Of a stretch of DNA of 52,975 nucleotides, positions 1 through 12,986 are shown piece after piece (the stretch's first letter is position 1; every line of letters starts with the position of its first letter). Source of the stretch: Atractiella rhizophila (Eukaryota); assembly GCA_021432655.1 (NCBI GenBank), contig MU271495.1, positions 1 through 52,975 on the forward strand. The letters are read 5' to 3'. The notes beneath the pieces are model-generated. The model did no database searches. It was not told where the DNA came from and saw only the letters and a list, made by a program, of their open reading frames with translations. The translations under genes were made by a program, and so were the position numbers.

Positions 1-907
1 TCCCACACCTTCGTCCTCCTCGCTCGATCCTCCAGGCCCCTCATCCTCCACCCCCACGTCGCGCTGCCGCCCCACCAATCGACCATCTTCCTCTTCCCCG
101 TGTGATAGACCAACAAATTAGGGACGCCGAGCACCCCGTACTTCTCTGCGAGGAACACCCGGGAATAGGGACGGGTGTATTGGGCGCCGGTGGGGTCTTC
201 GAGGGAGAGGGAGAAGTCGAGGTCGGGTTCGAAGGGGAGGAGGAAGGATTCGTTCCGGGAGAGCGGGGGGAGAGGGGTGGTGTCGGATGGGTCGCGGTCG
301 GAGGGGAGGTTCGAACCGTCGTTCCATCTGAACGTGAAGGTGCACGCGTGGTTAGGTTAGGGCAGACGGAGATGAGGAGATGAGACGTACTCCATCGCTA
401 GCCATTCCCGGCCTAGCACGTTTGCGTGATATGTCTTCTCGTCGGTGTCCACTGACACATACACAAGCTTGAAACGGTGGGGCTGCCAACGAGCAAAGTC
501 GAGCAGGCCCTGCAACACATCTCCATCAACCTCCCTCATAACACAACACACTAAGTGAGAAGCGAGCCCACCTTGTAAGCCTCGACGCTGCTTCTCGTCC
601 AACTAGCAGCGAACAGAAACCCCACGGCCTTGACATCGCTCCCCAGCTCCTTCATAAGATCGACCTCCTCCCCCCTCCCATTCCTCAGCCTCAACCTCCT
701 CAACAGCGGATCGGGATGTGTATACAGCCTCTGGGGCACGCCCTCCTCATCTCTCTGCGACATCGTTCTCTTCAAGCTCGACTTCCTCGGCTGCACCGCT
801 GGTCTCGAGGCTGAGCTGGGGCTGGTGGTGCTGTTGATGGCCGTGGGTGGCGCAGGCGAGAGGGGGACGGCGTTGAAGGACACTCGACGGGCGGCAGGCG
901 GGGACAT
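1..907 (-). CDS. Thioredoxin-fold (nucleoredoxin/tryparedoxin-like) protein; 3' end runs off the window
   Basis: Spliced translation gives VKAVGFLFAASW..AYK|GLLDFARWQPHRFKLVYVSVDTDEK..WLAME|WNDGSN..SRVFLAEKYGVLGVPNLLVYH. This matches the Thioredoxin_8-type pattern (FxASW, VYVSxD, cis-Pro GxPxL). Two GT-AG introns; probable ATG at 907. Confidence 0.75.
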
Positions 908-2192
908 AAAAGGAAGAGGTGGAAGCGAGTGCGCGTCTTTGGCTGGCTTCCCGAGGCCGGGAGAACTTGGTGTCGCGTGAGTGCCGCTGGGAGGCGCAAG
1001 ACTTCGTAAGAAAATAAGCCGCTCTGACGTGGTGGTCGATCCCGGTGGATGACCCGATGGTAACGCCGAGTAGGGCAAGACGATTGATATTACGTTATGA
1101 ATATACTCTTACGCGGAGCAGAGCTCTGAGGCTACGGAATAGGAGTAGGGAATATGACCGTGATAGAAATAGGAACTGAGTTGACTTATGTGAGTTTCTT
1201 CAACAGGAAGCGTGAAATCGAGTTGAACCTGTTTTCTGTCTTGATTTACGTCTGGGAGGAGCATTTTCGTTGGTTCTCGAGTCCGAATCGCTCAACCCTG
1301 CTATTTGAGAATGGGGTGACAAACTTTGAGCTTTGACATTACTATTATACCTTGTGGTGTGATTGCGCTCCTTATGTTGGACAGTCTAGCTTTGGAATTT
1401 AATCGTCCGAAAGGATTTAGAGGTGTGACGCAAGAATGCATATCAAGCACCATTGTGTTTTTGACAGTCAAGCACTAAATGCGAAATCAATTTTCGCTTC
1501 GAACGCGGGCATATACCATTCTTGGTCATTCTTCACATCGTTTGCCAATTTAGACCCTGATCACATTTTGGAGAGAGAAGGGTTGTATACCAAGGGACCT
1601 ATTGGTAGGCCCTTCCTTCTGTATGAATCAGAATTCACATTCAGCAACGGAGTGATTGCGAGGGCACCAGCCACACCAACAATCTTCTTCCGCGATTGTT
1701 CGCTTATAACTGGGGATACGTCTCGTTGCTCTTCCTGCAGCTTTTCTCCAGTTATTTCTTGGGTATCGGTTCGCTTGTCGCACTGTGATCATGTGGATCT
1801 GAAACATTTTAGCAAGTATCTTTATTCTGCGAATAACAGAATAGACATGTCTTACATATTGTATGATTGGAAATCTAGGATGATGGTGCGGCAATCAGTA
1901 AGACTCAATGCTAGTTCTCCTTCCAGTTGCCTGGCGCGCTTATACGTGTCGTTAACTACTTCATATTCTCTGCCGTATGTTTGTTGTCGTGAGGGTCGAC
2001 ATGGCCTGATGTTTACGTCGCCCATTTTGCTCAAGTTGGTTTAAGACAATGAGCAAATCCAAAGGTTACAAAAGTATTTCAAAAGTGGCGCGGGCTGCAC
2101 TAGTCATTATTGCGGCAAGATGCTTTGACAAGATCTCAACATGGTCATCCGTAACATGGACTCCGCAGCGTCACTGTACGCTCAAAATGAGT

Positions 2193-4718
2193 TCACAAGA
2201 CAGCTCGAGGCATCTTCTTCATTGCCTATTGCCTTCCTCAGATCACTCAAATTCAGGATAGAGGAGAACGCACCTGTCTCACGAATAGATCGGCTAAGAC
2301 CTCCTCCGACCCGCCCCTTCATTTCAAGCGCCGTATCAGACTTTTCCATATAACGGTGATTTTACTCACAAAACGGAATCAAATTTATACGTGCGTTGGA
2401 ACTGTTCAATGTAAACACCCATTCCCTTCAGAGGAGTCAATTTTAAGCCCATGAAATGTAGGTAGACGGGACACTTACCGTGGCTGTGATTCCACGACCA
2501 CCGAAAACTGTGGAGTTGTTAATATTATCTAAATGGACAATGGTTAGACCCTTACTTTGAACTGCTTCGTCGGCAATTTCTCCTCCTGCCCGACTCAGAA
2601 AATGCTTCAATCCGGCCATTGGACCGGCCAAAAACTCAGACTGTTGTGCGTAGTTCATGTTACACATTTGGTCTACGGCCCCTAAAGTTAGCCCTATCGA
2701 AAAAGCATGAAGCAGGGACGACATGCGCGTGATGGTTTCAAGCCATGACTGTCCAGCTTCAACTTTGGCAAACATGTGCGCAAACCTGTCAAGAAGTATT
2801 TAGCGCCACCAAAATTGAGAGCGTGGCGCACTTTTGACGAATGGCAGGCTGATCGATCAACCTTTTGCCAAACACTTTCCGGAGGTGAGCCCATTTGAAG
2901 CACTCTTCGACAATCAACCTCGAATAACGCGCGATCCCTGTAATCGACACCTTTTAAGCCATAAGTTCTGCATAGTCAAACGCCGTCGACGTACGACAGC
3001 ATATCACCCATCGCTCGTGTACAAAATTTGAGAGAATGACCTATTCTGTGTGTCAATTTTGTATAAGGAAAGTATTTGACACACCTTCAGGCCATTGTTC
3101 TCTCCTCCTAAGCAGTATTCAACTGGTACTTTAACTCCCTGATGCAAATGCAATTAAACAATGAAGAAAGCAAGTGATGGACTACCTCGAACTTCACGAA
3201 AGCGGTACCAGCGGCTAGGGAGTATGATGTTCGGATTGGCGTTGTTTCCACTTAACCCTGTGTGAGATGCTTGAGGAGCATCAGGAGGAAAGGAGTACCT
3301 TCTTCTGTACGAGGGATGAGAATCATGGATAGTGCATCCTCTGACGTTCGGCATCCAGTCATGAACCAGTCGCTCTGACAGATCGTTCAGCAACAGTATT
3401 GAATCAAAATGGGTAGAAACAAAGCTCACAAATAATCCGTTTGTAACTGCAATATTAATGAGTCATTAGAGCACTCTTCCTTTAGAGAGGCAAGGCATAC
3501 TCCATTTCTTCGAGCCTATGCCTTGGTCAGCTGTGGTACAAGGAAAGGTAAAGTATTTTGCATACCAGTGACGATATAATGTTTTCCATCCGGCGTCTTT
3601 CTCGCCCACGTCTTCATTCCTGCACAGGTGTTATGACCGCATCTGCTGACGAACGAAGAAGCAAAGCGTCGTACCGCGTACATCCGAACCTGCCATCGCC
3701 TCTGATATAGCTAGAGAGATGAATTTTTCTCCTTTCAGTATGTCTGGCAGGACCTTTGCCTTGAGCTCTGGTGTTCCAAAATTGAGCACGGGCGGCTAGC
3801 CACTTGGGGTCATTATACCGCAGAACGAAGCACAAAAAATGACTACCAATCCTATGACCATCCCTGCATTCAGGCCAGCCATGTATCCTGGCGCCCCAAT
3901 GCGCACCAGCTCCTGAACAACGACCTGTTATTTAGAGGATGTCAGATCACGTCCAAGGAAAGTTGCGACTTGCCAGCTCATGGAAGTAATTAAACTCCTC
4001 CCCCTTCACGCCTCCAGGCAAAACCTTGCCATGAAGGTGTCGGCCAGGTCCCATGCGCATGGCGTGCAATTCCCACCTGCGAAAAGGGTTTACCCATTCT
4101 CATCGTCCGGTTGAAGAGAAGCTTACTCTGGGCTTCCCATCAACTTCATCAATTCAGGAGTCGGTCTTTCCGCGCTCTTTTCATGATCGAGCGCTTCTTC
4201 CTTAACATAGGTATCAAAGAAGTATCGCACCCTCTCTTGTAACCTGTAATGGGATTTGTTAAAGTACGGAGACTTGTATCCTTTCGTCAACCAGAGTGGC
4301 TCTGCGAAAGGAACGAGAGAGAGTTCCCCAGGAGACGGGAGGATATAAGTCTTCGGTTTCGCGTTCTCGTTTGAAGAAACGAGACGACCTATCCGATACC
4401 GCTTATACCGGTCTAGGATGGACGAGCGGTGGAGGCCAAAAAAGACTTCGGTGGAATCACGCCCAGCTGTACCAATAGGATAAGCAGAGAGGGAGACACA
4501 AGAAGACGCACAAACCGATGTCCTTTGCCAGCAAGACAGCCTTTCCCCCCGGATGCATGTCTGCAAACGAAGTTAGGTCCCACACGTCGCCATTGATGAT
4601 AGTCCACAGCGAGTCTTCTGAGGCGTGCTTTTGTCATGATCAGCCTAAGGCCTATTCCAAGAAGCGAGTATACCTTCGCAACTTCCTCAATTGAGATCTC
4701 TTTCGTCGGCGACGCCAT
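2193..4718 (-). CDS. Acyl-CoA dehydrogenase with N-terminal cytochrome b5-like heme domain (multi-exon)
   Basis: N-terminus MASPTKEISIEEVAK..FADMHPGGKAVLL carries the b5 HPGG motif. Also LVPFAEPLWLTKGYKSPYF and a C-terminal ACAD signature FGGRGITATGMGVYIEQFQRTYKFDSV..GGSEEVLADLFVRQAMKKMPRAVL*. Confidence 0.9.
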
Positions 4719-5698
4719 GGGTCACTTTGGATTCCGTTGTTTGTAGGGTCGTGCGTGAGTTGTTTATACACTAGAATCGGGGATTTTGAAGTGGCTTGAA
4801 GTTTGCTGTTGATTTATAGGCTGCTCCTGTTACTGTTACGGTAATCAATTTTCTCACTTTCATAGAATGTGTTTACGTTGCAGAGGTTGTTCGACCCTTC
4901 CCTCTGTAAATAAGCAGACCGCCACCTCAACAACCTGTTCTGGAAACTTGTCAAAACGCTAATCAAAAGCAGCAATTACCAGCAGCGCTACGAGGTATTT
5001 AGGACAGGGAAGCTACCCAACTTTAGCCGGAAGAGTAGCCGGAAGCGGAGAAGGTCAACTTCGTTCAAGGCAGCTTCTTTCATGGTAAAACTACACGAGA
5101 AGCTACTTTATGTTGCTCAGAATCATAGCATCTGCCAATTTGAGATGTTATGCCTAGTCGCTTTGCAAATGAGAACAAACGACATAACTTGAGCAGTGAG
5201 TACTGAAATGAGTGGTTGTAGTGCACAAAGGGATGATTGCTTCGTGTACTCTCCCACGCATATGAGGCCCGGTAAGCATCAGCTAAGCCAGCGTGAAGCT
5301 CTGCTTTGTCTGCTTTGCAAGCAGCTCAAGAGCTCACAGACAGGAACTGACTTCAAGGATATCAGAACACGTACCTACTTTTCTCTTTTCCCAATTTTAG
5401 TTGCTTTATCCTAGCTCTTTTTAGCTGTTTTCTGACTTCTGACTAGGCAAATAGTGAGGTCGAAGATGCTCAACCTGCGCGCTCAACTGACGGCAACACT
5501 GCGTAGTACACTGTTTAAGATGACAGGGAGAAAGAACGGGAAGAACTTTAGTCACAGAAACTTGCCAGAATTGCGTTTTACGAGTCTGCCAAATCATTGA
5601 TTGCAGAATTTACTTCTCGATAAAACTTTGCACATGAAGCCAGTACACATTTCTTGCCTCCTTTCACTTGTCGCGCTTGTCTCAACATGATTTCACCA

Positions 5699-6798
5699 TC
5701 ACTCCAGAGTAAGAGGAGATTCCTCCCATTCGTGCTGGCCGACCTTGTCTCTTCTCAACTGCTTGTAAAAGCCTTCAAAAGTTTCGCGATTCAACCTCTT
5801 CTCCACCACTTTCGGCATCTTCGTGGAAAAACCAACCCGATCCGCGATGTCCTCGCAGAACTTCCAAGCTGCCTGTTCGCCCATACTCTCATCAGGACAT
5901 CTCAGGAGAGGAAAGAGGAGAGAAATCGAACCTCAAATTGGTAAATGTTAAGAGACTTCTTGTCCGCTCTCGCTACGACCACATTCCCGATATTCCCCTT
6001 CCAAATTTTAGGAGCATCACCCGTCTCCTTCTCGATCGTCAGCCACCTGATTGGTTTATTCCGTAATCCTTGATCATTCTCGTCACCTACTTTGACAGCT
6101 TCCTCCCTTCTTATGACGAGAGGAAAGCCGATAGCCACAGAGAGAGGCAACGGGTCATTGTTAAAGATGGAATCTTGACTCGACACACTCATTGATTGCC
6201 AGTCCTCTCCGGCCTTGTTCCATTCAGGGAGTATTCGTTTCGAATCGCAGAAGGAACGAATACAGGTGACATTGTAGGAAGACGAGTCGGAGGCAAATGT
6301 TCGAGAGAGAAAACCCGGCGCCATGTGCCTTCAGAGTTAATCATCATCAAAAACGATGCTGCTGAGAAATAAAGTACATACTTCGAGGAATCGGAACCTG
6401 CATTACCTGTTGCAGGACTAATGGTATCGTTCGTTGAGGCAGTCGCTGTAGGAGCTGGAGCAGGAGCTGCAGGCTTGCATTCCGCTTTATGTGTGGGCCA
6501 GGCCTTTGTTTGTCAACGTTCAAACGACACCCAAAGTCATTTCTCTGTTCTGGTAGACGGATTCGAAGGATAAGCCTACAGTTTTCTGATGCTCACCAGA
6601 GCAGTCTATATCCCGCCAGATAAGAAACCGTACGTTTGTTTAGGAGAATACACACTTACAGAAGGCTGTCTTACAGCGAGAGCACCTCAACGACCCTGTG
6701 CGATCACAAGAAGGGAGGTTGCACTGTCCTGAGCCCAGACTTATTGATCAGATGGAGTTCCTTATCAGAACAAAGTCGATATACCCACCTGAGGACAT
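5699..6798 (-). CDS. MYND-type zinc finger protein
   Basis: Spliced N-terminus GQCNLPSCDRTGSLRCSRCKTAF|YCSGEHQKT|AWPTHKAECK is a zf-MYND. It is followed by exons within 5902-6324 and 5699-5884 (fungal domain with GNVVVARADKK). Confidence 0.8.
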
Positions 6799-7106
6799 AT
6801 CAACTTATGCAGTTGGCGTTAGAATGATAGGACGCAGAGAAAGACGTTGGACGTTCGTTCTTCGCAGGTTCGAGAAGATCAGTGAGTCATCATCATAGTA
6901 CGTCGCATTTCTTCCTTAGAAGCATCAGATGATCCAAGCTCTGTGTTTTGTGTTTGTTTGAAAAGTAGCTTGAAGATAGATCTATCAAAAGCAATAAGCA
7001 TTGGAATCTCAGTTGAATTGCTGATGGTTTGTTAGTTATTTTGGTTATTGGTACAAACAGATCCTCTTCGATCCCTTCCCGTCTTCATGTGTTTAAGTTG
7101 TATATC

Positions 7107-9243
7107 TCACTCTTCAGGGTCCGGGGTCGGGCTACAAGGCAGGTAAATAGTCTGCGACAAAGAATTATGAGCGACGGCCGTCCTATAACGGTCAAATGGG
7201 ATACAGTACCTTGATTTCAGTGTAGTGATCGAGTGCCATTGTTCCGTTTTCTCTTCCGATTCCGCTCTGCTTCACGCCGCCGAAGGGAACGTCCACTCCG
7301 ACAATATTGGCTACGTTGACTCCCACTTGTCCAGTTTCAAGTGCCTGTGCCACCCTTAAAGCGCGGGAGATGTCCTACGTCTAGGTATCAGTCAATTACT
7401 AACGACTTAGAGAAAGTTTGGGACCCTCGTGTAAACCGAGCTCGAAAGGCCGTATTCAGTATTGTTCGCTCTTTTGAGAACCTCTGCTTCGGTCTTAAAG
7501 GTGTGAATGATACTGACGGGTCCAAATATTTCTTCAGAGTTGATGGTCGCGTTGTCTGACACTCCAACTGTCTCGATAGGAGGTTCTTCAGTACTTCTTC
7601 GGTGAAAGCTTAAAGAGGGACTGACGGAAGACAGTTGGTTCGATGAAGTAGCCTTTCCCTTCCTTTCTATTCCCGCCACAAGCCAATTGACCTTCTCCTC
7701 TGCCTACTTCGATATACTTCATAACCCTATCAAACTGGAGTTTGTCAACTAGAGGACCTTGTGTCGTGTTAGAATCCAAAGGATCTCCATGCTTCACTAA
7801 GGACCTGTAGTGATCCACATATAGCTTCGTGAACTCTTGAGAAACACTCTCGTGAACATAGACTCTATCGGCTCAATCTTTAGTGTCGTAAAGAAGGGAT
7901 GGTCAGTAATACCTAGTATTCGCTGAGCATATTTGCCCAGAATTTCGCGCCATAGAGCCAGCGCATGCTTTGGCTGCAAGTGCAAGATCTGCATCTTTGA
8001 ACACAATGGAGGGCCCTAGATAGATAGCGTGTCAATTTGCTTGTCTTGGTCATCGGAAAAAAGTCTGACCTTTTCCACCTAACTCCAACGTCACCCTTTT
8101 CATGTTTGAACGCGCGCTCATTTCTTGGATCAATCTGTTGACCATTTGGCAAGAGCAAGAAGCCAACAAAATAGAAAGCTGACCTCCCAGTGCGAGCAGA
8201 TCCCGTAAAAGAAATCTTTCTAATTTTCATGTGTTCCGCGATTGCTTTACCAGCTACAGGTCCAAACCCAGAAATGATCTAAAGAAGGCATTAGTTTCTC
8301 CACCTTGCACATGATGCGAGTTCTGCAGACATTAACGACTCCTTTGGGAATACCAGCTTCGTTACATAGTCTCCCAAGTTCCAGACAAGCGAGTGGACTT
8401 TTTTCGCTGCTCTTGATCACTATTGCGCTTGGTGAGTATCGAATTCCTCCAAACTGATCGGACGCACCAATTGTGTTCCCAGCACCCAAAGCTGGACCGA
8501 GCTGAAACGACATTGAGAATTTGGGTCGATTGTCCTAGCTGGCTCCAACGCACCTTCCATACGGCCAGGAGGAGAGATACATTCCTAATGTTGGTGTCAG
8601 AAAAACACTTTCGAAACAATAGGACACTAACCAGGGGATGATAGCGGCGGTAACCCCGAACGGTTGCCGAATGGTCATTTCAACGAAGCCCTCCATCCCT
8701 TCATGGGAGGATTGCCCGAGATGGACCATTGTCAACGCTGCAAAGTGCTGCAAAGAGGCGTACACTCTCTATTCACAGCGTCAATTGTTGTTATCTTTCG
8801 TGAGGAAAAGCTCACTGTCATTTGTAGCCTAAAATATGAAATAGGAACACCCATGCTCTTGCTCTCCAGCTCTCCCAGCTTCTCAGTGTCCCTCTTCATG
8901 AGCTCTGCTAATTGCCTCAGACATCGCGCTCTTTCCATTGGCGGAGTCTAACAGCTCGATAACGGATCTGTGAAGAAATGATTTCGGTTTCTACATACCT
9001 TGCTCCAAGAAGGAAACGCAGCTTCAGCGGCGTCGACAGCTGCATTCACATCTTCGAGTTGTGCCTCCTGCACGTCTGCCAGCTTTTCTTCGGTCGCTGG
9101 GTTGAAGATGGTAAACGTTTTCCCTGATTTTGATGGGACATATTCGCCGTTAACTGTTACAAGGAGTTAATACGGTAACTGGGCATCTTACGTCCCATTA
9201 AAGGCGCACTGAAATGATTAACCTCGATCGTAGGTTTCGACAT
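7107..9243 (-). CDS. NAD(P)-dependent aldehyde dehydrogenase (multi-exon)
   Basis: Motifs PFGVTAAIIPWN, LGAGNTIVIKSSEKSPL, ISFTGSARTG, LELGGK, NSGQICSA (catalytic Cys), EEIFGPV, ANNTEYGL and PFGGVKQSGIGRE. Confidence 0.95.
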
Positions 9244-9662
9244 GTTGCAGCGATATTGTAAGAATTTGGCGGGCTACAATTTGATTGATTTTTATGATCT
9301 CAGAAACTGCTCAACTTGAACTTGGATAGGTATGTGGTAATCGCGCACAGGAAGAGAGAACTGGAAGAAAGAGCAAGGCGATGGCACGATGATGTTGATC
9401 ACAAATGATGAAGTTATAAGGGTGGGGATTGCGGGAGCGGCACAAACGGCTGTCAGTAACCGAGCTCTAAGCTCTTTGTTTGTGAAGGTCAACATTCAAC
9501 GTTTCAAGGTTCAACCACTTCGTTTGGTGCCTCTAAGGGTATAAGATCTTCAAACAAGCCTCATAGGTACTTAGATGACGAGCTCTAATAGTCGACGAAG
9601 GAAGCACAACAATCTTGACAGTGAAAGATTGAGTCGGCTCACTTTCTCGTCCTCTTGTGACT

Positions 9663-11120
<1,458 letters not shown>

Positions 11121-11599
11121 TTTGTAAAGAAGAGTATCGAACCTATACGTAAGTCAGTTATAGCACGCTTTATTGGGAAGAAAAAACTCGCAAAGAAAAA
11201 TGCTGAGTCGTTCAAAATTTGGCGGGTAAACCTGGCACGTGAGCGCGGAGCCGATGGAGGACTATGAGGTATTATGAAAACGATTGATTTAACGTTATCA
11301 GTTACAGGGAACTATTATCGACATTACAAAGAGGATAGCAGTAAATTACTGTTAAAGACCTATGGCTAAATGAAACAAAACACTTCGGCTTGCCAATGCA
11401 CACATTTAACAGATGAAATATACAGTTCATTTAACGAAACAGTTGCGGCAGAATGCCAAAACGGCTGGTAGGTATCACAAAACGAGGATATTTACAGAAA
11501 ATTGACACAGAATCGGCACATATGATTCCCTGTCACAGCGTCGTTAGTGCTGTGCGTATCGACGAAAGCGACTAGCGTACCTTCCACATGCTATCGCTC

Positions 11600-12108
11600 T
11601 TAGCCATAATACATCCCCTTCATATGCTGCGAAAGAGACTTCCTTCTCTTCCCATCCGATGTTGCAGAGTCTTCACTCTTCCTGGGCCTTCGAACACAAA
11701 CCATCAGTTAACACCTGAAGCCACAATAACATAAATGGACATACAAGATCCCGAAGACTTTATCCTTGTTGTTCTTATAGTCGTCTGAACCCCTGATCTC
11801 GTCCATCTTCTGCTGGAACGATTTGGATGAACCTGAAGACGATTTGTCCTGCTTGCGTGGCCTATTATTCCCACATAAGGACGTGCTGAAGATAAAGCTA
11901 ACAAGGGCAGACTTACACAGCGGCCTTGACTTTATCCTTAAAGGTAGACGACGTAGATGCAGGCTCCTTCTTCTTGTTAGGACTATATCCGAGACCATTG
12001 TCAGAATGCAGAAAATGGTAAAGGATGGTCTTACAGAGATGACATGACCTTGTTCTTATAAACACCCATCTTCTCCTGCCAAGTATCTTTCCTTGCTGAA
12101 GTACTCAT
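11600..12108 (-). CDS. Small hydrophilic Lys/Ser-rich repeat protein, 114 aa, 4 exons (dehydrin/LEA-like)
   Basis: Exons 12108-12035, 11982-11917, 11861-11745 and 11687-11600, joined by three canonical phase-2 GT-AG introns, give one uninterrupted ATG-to-TAA frame. Confidence 0.7.
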
Positions 12109-12986
12109 CGCTTTGATTTCTTTCTACTGTTAATGTTGTTTAGTTTACGATTTGTTCTGGAAGTAGAAGTAGGGAAGGGAGATTGGTCCCCTCTCTTTTA
12201 AGGGCTGATAATGAGGCAACGATGACGTAACTTCGAGGCACAAATCCGGCGAAGAGGACGAGCAAATTCCAACAAAGCTTCGACGAAGATCGCGAATAGT
12301 AGATACGCCTAGGCAAGGGTGCAGGAGTAGGAAGAGGTAGGTTTGTAAGAAGGAAACATTCCTTCACGGTTCAGCAATTGTCATTAACTTACGGTAGGAT
12401 CCAAGCATTTCGGTGGGCTGTAAAGGAGGCTCATGCTCGCCTCTCACATACTATGGACCTCTGATGGTGAGAGAAAGTGCATGATGAGTTATGTCATCAT
12501 GAGATAATGAGGTGAATCTGCAATAATGACAGCTTCGACTTGTCATATTGATCACGTGATCCCAGTGGAAGGAGTCAATGCAGTATTGCAACTTCATTGA
12601 CAGCATCAGATGCCTTCAAAAGTACAAGGTAAGTAGGCGACAAGTTCATCCGACAACTCCAAGATGGAGGGATCCATCGGTTTATGCTTGTGATTCCCAG
12701 TTCTGCATCCTTGCCCAACTAATCTCAGAGCCTGGGAACACGCACCCGCAACTGCTTCATTAATAAGTCATTAAACAGTCCCTCAGTCACCCTTCTGATT
12801 TCTCTACCCGACGACAAAAGGCAACTTCGTTGTTTTTGGATGGACTTGTTCAACTTCGTTCGTCAAACTTTAAATTTTCTTCGCCTGCTTAATTTCGAAC
12901 CAAGATCTCCTCCACCTCCTGCACTTCGGCAGCTCCTGCTCCCTCATCTTCCCCATAACCCAGCTCCCACTCTTACGCACAAAATT

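Noticed and set aside
102..383. Gly/Glu-rich plus-strand ORF, and similar long opposite-strand ORFs (14730-15701, 33075-33473, 50738-51355)
   Set aside because: Antisense shadows of well-supported genes on the other strand.
1436..2044. 202-aa plus-strand ORF and a small spliceable minus-strand ORF (MGDVNIRP...)
   Set aside because: No recognisable motif; the spliced minus-strand version stops after about 60 codons. Cannot be supported as a gene.
12481..12500. ATGATGA..TCATCAT palindrome as a C/D snoRNA C box
   Set aside because: No suitably spaced D box, terminal stem or recognisable rRNA guide.
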